Origin: Candidatus Brocadiia bacterium
Lineage (GTDB): Bacteria > Planctomycetota > Brocadiia > SM23-32
Assembly: GCA_046538485.1 (NCBI GenBank)
Contig: JBKHIT010000002.1
Coordinates: 64,001-128,000, forward strand
Length of the DNA stretch: 64,000 nt
Direction of reading: 5' to 3'
Shown piece by piece: positions 7,679 to 16,445 of this stretch. The position numbers and the translations under genes are program-made. How positions within the stretch are numbered: position 1 is the stretch's first letter; every line of letters begins with the position of its first letter. Under the pieces are notes generated by a model. It saw only the letters and a program-made list of their open reading frames with translations. It had not been told where the DNA came from and did no database searches.

Positions 7679-10600
7679 ATGAAAGTTCACTTTTACCTGT
7701 CTTTGCTGCTGATTTTTGCCCTCGCTGCGACCGCACCTCGGGCCGCTGAAAAAAATCCAGCAGCTCTAATATACGGAGGTATCCATGAAAAATACGTCGC
7801 CCGACCCCTCCACGCTCGGGATATTGAGTTTGATACCTGCACTAAAACGGAAAACCTTCAGGAGCGCTTGGAGAGTGGTAAATTTAATGTGCTTGTTGCC
7901 GTAAAGCTCCTCGGCCAAGAAGGAACGCAGGTGGCGCAGAAACATCTGGCTCGGGGAGGAGGTCTGCTCATCCTGGCGCCGAGCGGTAACCACCATCACA
8001 CCGAAAAATGGACCGCAATGAATCGATGGCTGACTGATATGGGAGCGCGCCCGCGGTGGGAAGTTCTTAAAGAAACGGACCCGGCAAATAGAGTCACCGA
8101 TATGATGGGCGTGGGACACAGTTTCACGGATCGGCTGAAGCCGCCGGTCAGTAAGGGGGTGAAGGGCGTTCTTATCATGATGCTTGGCAATCCCGGGGCG
8201 GAACCGGTGATGCCATTCGAGTTTTCCGAAAAATGGGACGTCGTGGTCAGGGGCGCGAAATCCCTCAAAACCGTCATCACCGAGCATCACAGCAAAGGGG
8301 CTCACCTGCAGCCCTGGATACCGGAAAAACCGATCGACAGCGGGCCGGCGTTTATGGGGGGCCGTGATTTTGGCGGGGGGCGCATTGCCGTTACGTCTTT
8401 GCGACCGAAGTGGTCTTTCACGGCGCCCGGTCATTGCCCGACTGTCGAAGTGATGATGACAAAGGGCGAGGACGGCAAACCGAGCGACTGGGTCGGGGTC
8501 CTGGCCAATACGATCCGTTGGCTTGCGAAACCCTCCCTGAAGAAAGGAATGGGCGGGGCAAAAACGCCGAAGAAACTTTTGCACCGGCCTCGAAAAAAAG
8601 TGAAAAATCTGGGTCCGAAGAAATGGAAAGGAATCACGGTTCTGAAAAATCGGCCCCAGACGCCCGGCCTCATCGGAGCACGCACAAAACTGTCTTCCGG
8701 TTCAGGTACGGTGTCGGATTACGTAGAAGAGGCCAAAAACGCGGGGCTGAAATACATCGTTTTCCTGGAAGACATGTTGCAACTTGAGAAAGGCGAATGG
8801 GATCAGCTCGTTGAAGAGTGCAAAAAATACTCGGGAGAAAATGTCCTTGCGCTCCCCGGTTTAACATACGAAGATGCGCAGGGCAATCACCTGTACGCTT
8901 TTGCGGACAACGTTCAGTTTCCGCGAGAGGATATGGTTCTTGAAGACGGGCGGCTGGCGACGAACAAAAAAAATCGGACCGGCGCGCTTTTCGACTATGT
9001 TAATGAGCTGATGCGGCAGGATATCATCAGCGGATACTGGCGACACGATGAAAACTGGCTCCATTGGGCGGATTATAAGCTCTACAACTCTTTCCCGATC
9101 TACTCTTTCGTTGATGGCAAGCCGGTGGACGATGCGTTTGCACAATGGCGATACTGGATGGATACCGGCGGATGTCAGGCGGCCCTCGCTCTGGAGATTA
9201 TGACCAATCCGAAACAGGTGAAAAAGCGTGCTAAAGGGGGCTGGAAAGTGGTTGCGACGCGTCCGCTGAAAGAACTGGACGGGACATGGCACCACGGGGC
9301 CTGGCCGTTCAACGGACGTTTCTCGCAATACATCACGAATGGCCCGAAAATCCTGGATTGGCGGCGAATCCAGCACCCGAGTGTCCGGGGTGAATGGTGG
9401 AGACCGGACTTCTGGCAGGTACGTATGGGTTTGCGAGTCAGCTCGGATGCAGGGCTGAAGTCCGTCACAATTTACCGCGGCAATCGTGACGTGGCCCGCC
9501 GCTGGAAGCTCGATGGGGCGCAGGAATTCGAGCATGTTTTCGTTACCACAAACGCGCAGCAACACGGTTTGTTTCTCGTGGTCGAAGATGTGAAAGGCAG
9601 ACGTGCTATCAGCATGGAATACTGGAACCGCAATTTCATCAACGAACAATTCATTTGCGGCGATCGATGCAATTTCCTGGGCAACGCGCGTTTTGTCAGC
9701 AAAGACGGTCGCTGGATCTGGTTACCATGCGGTTTCCAGGGCAATTTGGGTATTGCTCCGAGCAAAGGATCGATGAAAAAAGCGATGAGGTGGGAACCGG
9801 CCATTTCTCTCACTGCCAATGTCCCGACTCTACCAGTCGATGGCCGACCGGTGAGCTGGGATACACCATCCCTCAGTGCGCGCGTCCATGTGCCCGGTGA
9901 GTGCAAGGAATTGTTCACCTATCCCACTAATTACCTGTTCTCGCCGGAAATGATGATTGGACAGGGCAACTTTAAATTGGCTTACGATCCGGCCGAGTAC
10001 GGCGCCAGAAAATCTCCCATAGGAATACCTTACGAGGAACCCGATAAACAGGCTCATATCGGGAAGAATGCCTGGACAAGCTGGTTCCATCTGGTGCCCA
10101 CGAAGTTTTTGAGTGGTTGGTACCGGATCTGGGCAACACCTGTGCTGGGTACGACGCGGGAACGAGTTGCCCGTTTCGGCGGATTCCAGGCGTCTCCGGT
10201 GATGAAACGGGATGTGACGCTCGAAGAAGGCGGTTCGGTTGTCCGACTCTGGGGCGGAAAGGGATGGGAAATTTACCGGGGCGATGAGCTGCTGGCCGGG
10301 AAGGGTACTAAAAAAGCATCAGGAGATTTCGGACGTGGAGCGTTCGCCCTGAAATTCAGTCCCAAAGGTTCGGTCGCCCTCATCGGCAGCGATGCGCCCA
10401 TGCGGTACCGACTTAAAGGCGGGAGACTCAGTATCGTCAGCGTCCACAAACAGCGCAATCTTGAGAAAGGGGGGACGGTGGAATTTTTCATCCCCTGGGT
10501 CGGGTTTTCCGGCGCGGTTTCGCCCGAACGTGCGCGCAAATGTCTCAAGGCGTTCGGCATCCGAAGCCCCGGCAACACCGCTTACCGAGCGGAAGTCAGA

Positions 10601-11062
10601 CGGGGAGAGGAAACGGATCGATACCTTTTCTGGCGCACAAAGGCGGAGAATGGGGCTTTTGAGGCCACCGTAAAACGGTGTAAGCTTCTCAATTTCATTC
10701 CGCTCATAGTTGACGGTCTGCACGAACACTGGTCTGCGCACCTGCTTATTCGCAGCAAAAAGTGGCCCAATCATCGTGCAATACCGGTGCGAAAAGGTCG
10801 GGGCTACGCACAGCTCGATCCCACCGAAGGCGATATCGATATCTTCGCCGGGCATCCAATCACTTGCGACGACCTCCGTGTACGGCTGACTGTTAATTGG
10901 AAAGAAAGACCCAAAATATGGTTTATCGAGGCCCACAATCCGACCGACGATAAATGCGCGGTCCATCTTCGAAGTTCCGCGGGCTGGGACGTGTTTGATT
11001 TTGATAAGCAGATTGAGCTCAAACCAGGCAGCAGTGAAGTCTGGGAGATCGAAGGGAAATAG
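7679..11062 (+). CDS. Large secreted hypothetical protein (about 1127 aa): class-I GATase-like N-domain, PHP-like domain, beta-rich C-terminus
   Basis: AGGAG RBS, signal peptide MKVHFYLSLLLIFALAATAPRA, HLARGGGLLILA, GGGRIAV and the PHP-like segment GLIGARTKLSSGSGTVSDYVEEAKNAGLKYIVFLED. Confidence 0.7.
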   Translation: MKVHFYLSLLLIFALAATAPRAAEKNPAALIYGGIHEKYVARPLHARDIEFDTCTKTENLQERLESGKFNVLVAVKLLGQEGTQVAQKHLARGGGLLILAPSGNHHHTEKWTAMNRWLTDMGARPRWEVLKETDPANRVTDMMGVGHSFTDRLKPPVSKGVKGVLIMMLGNPGAEPVMPFEFSEKWDVVVRGAKSLKTVITEHHSKGAHLQPWIPEKPIDSGPAFMGGRDFGGGRIAVTSLRPKWSFTAPGHCPTVEVMMTKGEDGKPSDWVGVLANTIRWLAKPSLKKGMGGAKTPKKLLHRPRKKVKNLGPKKWKGITVLKNRPQTPGLIGARTKLSSGSGTVSDYVEEAKNAGLKYIVFLEDMLQLEKGEWDQLVEECKKYSGENVLALPGLTYEDAQGNHLYAFADNVQFPREDMVLEDGRLATNKKNRTGALFDYVNELMRQDIISGYWRHDENWLHWADYKLYNSFPIYSFVDGKPVDDAFAQWRYWMDTGGCQAALALEIMTNPKQVKKRAKGGWKVVATRPLKELDGTWHHGAWPFNGRFSQYITNGPKILDWRRIQHPSVRGEWWRPDFWQVRMGLRVSSDAGLKSVTIYRGNRDVARRWKLDGAQEFEHVFVTTNAQQHGLFLVVEDVKGRRAISMEYWNRNFINEQFICGDRCNFLGNARFVSKDGRWIWLPCGFQGNLGIAPSKGSMKKAMRWEPAISLTANVPTLPVDGRPVSWDTPSLSARVHVPGECKELFTYPTNYLFSPEMMIGQGNFKLAYDPAEYGARKSPIGIPYEEPDKQAHIGKNAWTSWFHLVPTKFLSGWYRIWATPVLGTTRERVARFGGFQASPVMKRDVTLEEGGSVVRLWGGKGWEIYRGDELLAGKGTKKASGDFGRGAFALKFSPKGSVALIGSDAPMRYRLKGGRLSIVSVHKQRNLEKGGTVEFFIPWVGFSGAVSPERARKCLKAFGIRSPGNTAYRAEVRRGEETDRYLFWRTKAENGAFEATVKRCKLLNFIPLIVDGLHEHWSAHLLIRSKKWPNHRAIPVRKGRGYAQLDPTEGDIDIFAGHPITCDDLRVRLTVNWKERPKIWFIEAHNPTDDKCAVHLRSSAGWDVFDFDKQIELKPGSSEVWEIEGK

Positions 11063-11078
11063 GGGCCAGTATGTCGAG

Positions 11079-13208
11079 TCAATCTGCGTTTCCAATCGGT
11101 CGCTCTTCACCGTCAACTTCAAAGTAGGTACCGTCTCCGATGGCGTAATCCAGGACATTGCCATTTTCCACATCCCGTCTCACAACGCACCAGCTACCGA
11201 GAGCTTTTACGCCGGCGGCCTGCAGAACGCCGTGTTCGTGCGTCCGGATCAATACGTCTTCGACCCCGTCGAAAGTTATCCGCACGGCAATCGACTGGGG
11301 AAGACTTTTGATTCGCTCAACTTCGGGTGGGGGTTCTTCTACCCGTCGCGGCAACAACAGGGACATGAGACGGCCGTTGTATCCGGCGATTCGGGCGACC
11401 AAACGCGGCCGACGAAACGCCGAGTAGTGAACCTGCTCGGCAGGACGGTCGAATTTCTCCATGTGAGATTCCACCGACCCCAGGTATTCGTAAGAGCTTG
11501 GTTCCGCCACGTCCTGAAACAGCTCTTCAAGCACATGATCGCGGGGATATTGTTCCGGGGCGGGCAACGCAAAACGAACATCGAGCGCTCCTTCGCCCCG
11601 CCAGCCGAAGACCGTTGCTCTGTCTTCGGCGATTTCAATCGTATTCTCCGGGCAGGCGTGAAACTGCCACCAGTACTCGGCCCATTGGTTATTTTTGTTG
11701 ATGTCATCCACGATCCAGATGTAAGGTCGAGCGGCCTGGCCTTTCACGAATCCAATCCGCCGCCGCGCCCGGTAACAATCGTGCTGCAGGGTGCTGTCGA
11801 CAAGGGCCGTATCCACGAAGTTGCCGGGGGTGTATTCTTTCAGAGTCCCGGCATGGTCCATGAATTGCCAGGCCCCGTCGGTACTGCGGCCGCTTTTCCC
11901 ATCGATCAAGACTACGTTATGACAGTTCTGCTCCATGTTGTAGCGGCCGGGGCCGATGGCGAAGTATTCTCCCAGTGCCGAAACCATGAAATGCCCGCAG
12001 CTCGCGTGTTCGTGTCCCATGGCAGCCGGGCTTCTCTGGGAGGAGTCAAATGCCAGGTAAGCATCGTCTGGTTCCCAGCCCGACCGGAACGATACCATGC
12101 CTCTGCGGGGGGCCAGAAACTGGGTGGGGACATCCGTTTCCGATGGGGGCTTTCCCCGGTCGAAACTGTCCGCGAGCAGGACGGAGTAGAAGGTATCTTC
12201 CACCTGCATTCCGTTGCCCAGATCGATATCCCTCTTATCGGACAGATGAGTGAGCAACCAGATTAGTGTGGGGTCATGGGTCTCGTCGGCGAGCCGAGCG
12301 AGAACGAACGTGCGCAGTCCGAAATCGTCTCCGTGATCGCCGGTGGTGGTCAGATGCGTACCCCAGGGCTGGAGCATGTGGAGCATGGCGCGCCCGAATT
12401 TGGCGTAGCGTGGGCACTTTTCATAAACATCGTAGATTCCGGCGCGTCTCAGGATTTCGACGGTGTGGGCGAGACGGGCGGTCATTAATGTGCCGTATCC
12501 CATGTCTTCTTCCGGATAACCGTTCGGACCGAGGCAGCCGTGGACGATGGCTTCGATCATGGGAATGACCTGCGGCCAGAGTTCTTCAGCGCCCTCGACG
12601 CAGGGCTCACCTTCAAGACAGAGCAAAGCCTGCACAGCATTCAGCACGCCGCTCATGGGAATATTGGCGCCCGGACCTTTGAAAATGCGGACCGAAAGGT
12701 CGTTCAGGTTCTCCTGGACCCCGTGTTCCCATGCCCAGGAGCAGATTTTTTCTTTTTCGTCATCCTCAAGGTCCTGGGCCACCATATCATAGGCCTGGCT
12801 TATGAGACCGACGCCGTTGTAGGAGAGGGCAAGGCGTCCCTGTCCGGAACTGTCGAAATCGGGGATCACCCGAAACAGCCGTTTCACGGCTTTCAATGCT
12901 TTCTTATCCCGGTCCAGCAGATAGATCAGGGCCATATCGACGATGCCGGTTGTGCGCCCTCCTTTCACGAGTTTCTGAGTTTTCGAACGCGGTTCACCGG
13001 TTGCCTCGCGGAGTTCCGCATCCGTGTCGAATTCGAGTACTCGTTCGACCTGCGAGTGGACTCGCTCGCGGAACGCTTCTACGATTGTCCGACCGTGACC
13101 GGAGGACAATTTTTCCCGCAGCGCGGGCAGGTCATCGATTCCGAAATGTATTCTCGGCCGTGAGCGATTCGTGCGTAGCTCGTTGGCGGCTCCCCAATCG
13201 TAGTTCAT
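11079..13208 (-). CDS. Heparinase II/III-like polysaccharide lyase family protein
   Basis: Alpha/alpha N-terminus (RPRIHF, GYPEEDMGYG), SFRSGWEPDDAYLAF, GHEHASCGHF and HNVVLIDG. Start ATG 13208 with GAAGGGA RBS. No signal peptide. Confidence 0.75.
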   Translation of the reverse strand: MNYDWGAANELRTNRSRPRIHFGIDDLPALREKLSSGHGRTIVEAFRERVHSQVERVLEFDTDAELREATGEPRSKTQKLVKGGRTTGIVDMALIYLLDRDKKALKAVKRLFRVIPDFDSSGQGRLALSYNGVGLISQAYDMVAQDLEDDEKEKICSWAWEHGVQENLNDLSVRIFKGPGANIPMSGVLNAVQALLCLEGEPCVEGAEELWPQVIPMIEAIVHGCLGPNGYPEEDMGYGTLMTARLAHTVEILRRAGIYDVYEKCPRYAKFGRAMLHMLQPWGTHLTTTGDHGDDFGLRTFVLARLADETHDPTLIWLLTHLSDKRDIDLGNGMQVEDTFYSVLLADSFDRGKPPSETDVPTQFLAPRRGMVSFRSGWEPDDAYLAFDSSQRSPAAMGHEHASCGHFMVSALGEYFAIGPGRYNMEQNCHNVVLIDGKSGRSTDGAWQFMDHAGTLKEYTPGNFVDTALVDSTLQHDCYRARRRIGFVKGQAARPYIWIVDDINKNNQWAEYWWQFHACPENTIEIAEDRATVFGWRGEGALDVRFALPAPEQYPRDHVLEELFQDVAEPSSYEYLGSVESHMEKFDRPAEQVHYSAFRRPRLVARIAGYNGRLMSLLLPRRVEEPPPEVERIKSLPQSIAVRITFDGVEDVLIRTHEHGVLQAAGVKALGSWCVVRRDVENGNVLDYAIGDGTYFEVDGEERPIGNAD

Positions 13209-13328
13209 CTTGTTGTTCCCTTCGGTTTTAGGCCCGCTGCGCTTGCGGAGCAATTTAAACTTCTCGTCTTTGGACAGTGGAATCTGTAAGAGACGGGCTC
13301 GAGATGGGCGGCGCCAAATTAATCTGTT

Positions 13329-13358
13329 ATCGTATTATGCGCGTCTAAAATTTGTCAA
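13329..13358 (-). promoter_or_regulatory. Putative sigma70 promoter for the heparinase-like gene
   Basis: Minus strand TTGACA-N18-TACGAT. Confidence 0.4.
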
Positions 13359-13492
13359 GACTAATTATCCGAACGAGATCCCCAGTGATCTATGACAGTG
13401 GATTTTATGGGTTCAGTGGGGCGATGGCAGGGAATATCTGGGTTGCTGGGAATTGAAGGGTACACGCCGAACGCAATTCATTGAGCGGCCGT

Positions 13493-14010
13493 TCACCCGG
13501 CATGAAACGTATTGATCAGGCTCTGTCCCTTCAGCCGGTCGGAAAGGGCCTCAATGGACATTGGTTTTTGGGTTGAGATGTCTATTTTTGATGGGCGGCC
13601 CGGACGCAGGTGGATAAAATTGTCGCTGTAGCTGGCCCCTCGACCCGGCAGTTCCAGCCAGCTCCACAAAGCGGAGCGGGATGCACTCAAAGAGATGGTG
13701 AAAGAAGTCTCGCTGTTCTCACGGATTTCGGTAGAAATGTCCGGACGCTGGATGTCAATGTGTTTGGGGCGCGCAAACAGCACGAGATTCTCTGAAACGA
13801 TTTCCCCCTTCACCTGCATCTCCAGGAACAACAGCAGATTGCGCAGTTCGGCGTCGCTGGCAAGTCCCCCAATGTCCAGAGTATCGACGTGCGTATCGGA
13901 CAGGGGTTTTGCTTCCGCGTTCAGCGGTCCTTCCTTTATCTTGCGACCATCCGCGTGATAAAGATACCAGCCGATCTCGACCGGCATGTGTTCCCGGTGA
14001 TCATTCGTTC
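13493..14010 (-). pseudogene. C-terminal remnant of a GH2 beta-mannosidase (Ig-like domains only)
   Basis: TNDHREH..EIGWYLYHADG, SENLVLFARPKHIDI and ALWSWLELPG..YSDNFIHLRPG match the beta-mannosidase C-terminus. There is no catalytic barrel upstream and similarity appears lost near 14010. Confidence 0.65.
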
Positions 14011-14288
14011 CGTGGGGACAGATGAGGACGTCAAATTTTACTTCCGCGAAAGTCGCCCGCGATGATGCACGGGAAGGCGGCCAGCGGGACGAATCATGGA
14101 CTACACTTGAAGAGTATATGGCGGAGCACGATGTCATGGCGATCCCGCATCACCGAAAGCGGTGGGGAATTTACCGTGACGAGTCCCGTGTGGGAGAGAA
14201 GGTAACGGACTGCGGTTCTGAGTAAGCTCATACAGCTATCAAACACCTAAGCGAGCCAGAGCATACACTGCTCGCGGGTTGCACGCGC

Positions 14289-14317
14289 TTGACGCGTGGG
14301 CCGCAACGGGTAAAAAT
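14289..14317 (+). promoter_or_regulatory. Putative sigma70 promoter of the moxR operon
   Basis: TTGACG-N16/17-TAAAAAT about 80 nt upstream of the RBS (GAGGAG) and ATG 14394. Confidence 0.4.
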
Positions 14318-14393
14318 AAGAACGGTTTAAAGGTGTTTGCCAGACGGTTTTTGAAATCGAAAATCAATATGGGGAACGGGGGAGAGAGGAGAA

Positions 14394-15413
14394 ATGATGG
14401 GTGACGAAGCGGATGTGCAATTGGTTGAAAAGGCCCATGCGGCCCGCGACAAAATCCTTGGCGAAGTACAAAAAGTCATTATAGGGCAGGAACGACTGAT
14501 AGAGGAGGTTCTGATCTCTCTATTTGCCGGTGGGCATGTACTTATGGTGGGTGTGCCGGGATTGGCAAAAACGCTCCTGGTTCGGACGCTGGCGAAAACT
14601 CTTTCTGTCGAGTTCAAGCGTATCCAGTTTACTCCGGATATGATGCCTTCAGATATTACCGGCACTGAAGTTCTCGAGGAAGATCATGCGACAGGGGGAA
14701 AGCAATTTGTTTTCGTCCAGGGGCCGGTTTTTACAAATCTCCTGCTGGCTGATGAGATAAACCGCACCCCACCGAAAACGCAGGCGGCTCTTCTGGAAGC
14801 TATGCAGGAGAAGGATGTTACGGTTGGCAAGCAGACGTATGGTCTGGATGAACCTTTCATGGTAATGGCCACGCAGAATCCAATTGAGCAAGAAGGCACA
14901 TACCCGCTTCCAGAAGCACAGCTTGATCGGTTTATGTTCATGGTTATGGTCGATTATCCGGCGCAGGACGAGTTGAAAGAAATCATCCGCGAGACGACAG
15001 TTGGTCACCTGCCCGAACCGGATTCGGTTCTGACTGGTGAAGATGTCGCAAAATTGCGAGAGACAGTATGGACGATTCCGATCAGCGACCATGTGCTTGA
15101 TTATATTGTCCGAATCGTTCAGGCCACTCACCCGGATGAGGAGAACGCTGCGGAGATGGTGAAGAAGTATCTTTCGTGGGGAGCCGGGCCCCGCGCGGGC
15201 CAGTACCTCAGTTTGGGAGCTAAATCGCGTGCGCTGCTTCGCGGGAACCTCCAGGCGACCGCGGAAGATGTCCGCGCGGTTATTCACCCCGTCATGCGGC
15301 ATAGAATGGTCACGAATTACACCGCTCTTGCCGATGGGGTGGATACGGATGATGTGATCGATGATTTGCTGAAAGTTGTGCCGGAAGCGCCCAAGGAGAA
15401 AGTTGGCGCCTGA
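14394..15413 (+). CDS. moxR: MoxR-family AAA+ ATPase (MoxR proper)
   Basis: Walker A GVPGLAKT, RIQFTPDMMPSDITG, Walker B LLLADEINRTPPKTQAALLEAMQE and ATQNPIEQEGTYPLPEAQLDRF. Confidence 0.96.
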   Translation: MMGDEADVQLVEKAHAARDKILGEVQKVIIGQERLIEEVLISLFAGGHVLMVGVPGLAKTLLVRTLAKTLSVEFKRIQFTPDMMPSDITGTEVLEEDHATGGKQFVFVQGPVFTNLLLADEINRTPPKTQAALLEAMQEKDVTVGKQTYGLDEPFMVMATQNPIEQEGTYPLPEAQLDRFMFMVMVDYPAQDELKEIIRETTVGHLPEPDSVLTGEDVAKLRETVWTIPISDHVLDYIVRIVQATHPDEENAAEMVKKYLSWGAGPRAGQYLSLGAKSRALLRGNLQATAEDVRAVIHPVMRHRMVTNYTALADGVDTDDVIDDLLKVVPEAPKEKVGA

Positions 15414-15464
15414 CGGTTCTTTCACGGGGTTCCTCCTTTTCATTGGTTCTGAGCTGAAAGAAAT

Positions 15465-16367
15465 ATGCCCACCAGTCAATTTCTTGATCCAGAGGTCTTG
15501 CGCTCACTCGCCAATATCGAATTGAGAGCGCGAGTGCTCGTGGAGGGAATGTACGCATCCCGTCATAGAAGCCCGTATTACGGTTACAGCCAGGAATTTG
15601 TCGATCACCGGGAATACGCCCCGGGCGACGAACCGAAGATGATCGATTGGAAGATGGTAGCGCGGACTGAAAAATATTTCGTCAAACGGTTCGAGATGGA
15701 ATCAAATATGAACGTCGTGGCGCTGCTGGATGTCAGCGGTTCGATGGGATATGAATCCAGTAACGAAGCGCGTCTGAGCAAACTGGAATACGGTTCTTTC
15801 CTGGCAGCTTCCCTTGCTTTTTTGGTCAATAAACAACAGGACTCTCCCGGGTTGGTAACGTTTGACGAAAACATCCGTGATCTTGTCCCCCCAAAACAGG
15901 GGGATCGCAATCTTCATACTATTCTTTCGAAATTGCAGGATACCGAACCGGGTGGGAGAACGGATGTGGGCGATGTGCTCAAAGCGATAAGTCAGCGGCT
16001 AAAAAATAACGGGATAGTTCTAATTATCAGCGACTGTTACGGGGACCCAGAAAATGTAGCGGAAGGCGTTCGGCATCTGTTGGTGCGCGGTCAGGATGTC
16101 ATCATATTCCACCTGATGGATCATGATGAGGTGACGTTCCCGTTCAAGTCTCTGACAAGTTTTCGAGATATGGAGACGGGGCAGGAAGTTATGAGCGACC
16201 CTCTCCGCCAGAAACAGCGGTATCTGAACAAATTCGAGGCTTTTCGGGAAGCGTTGCGCTCCAGCATCACTTCTGCTGGTGCCGACTATCGTTTCGTCGA
16301 TACGGTTGATCCGCTGGAAACAGTATTGCGGGATTATCTCCTTTATCGTGAGCAGACCATGAGATGA
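15465..16367 (+). CDS. DUF58 domain-containing VWA-type protein
   Basis: HRSPYYGYSQEFVDHREYAPGDE, IDWKMVAR, VKRFEME, MIDAS DVSGSM and IISD. Directly downstream of moxR. Confidence 0.93.
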   Translation: MPTSQFLDPEVLRSLANIELRARVLVEGMYASRHRSPYYGYSQEFVDHREYAPGDEPKMIDWKMVARTEKYFVKRFEMESNMNVVALLDVSGSMGYESSNEARLSKLEYGSFLAASLAFLVNKQQDSPGLVTFDENIRDLVPPKQGDRNLHTILSKLQDTEPGGRTDVGDVLKAISQRLKNNGIVLIISDCYGDPENVAEGVRHLLVRGQDVIIFHLMDHDEVTFPFKSLTSFRDMETGQEVMSDPLRQKQRYLNKFEAFREALRSSITSAGADYRFVDTVDPLETVLRDYLLYREQTMR

Positions 16368-16445
16368 AAAGGATTGTTCTAAAGAGCTTTTCTAGTTTAT
16401 TTCGTATCGTCAGAGACGGGAACGAAATGGTTTGATGGAGGCGCG

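Noticed and set aside
10995..12266. 423-aa plus-strand ORF
   Set aside because: Antisense shadow of the heparinase II/III-like gene, with no recognisable motifs.
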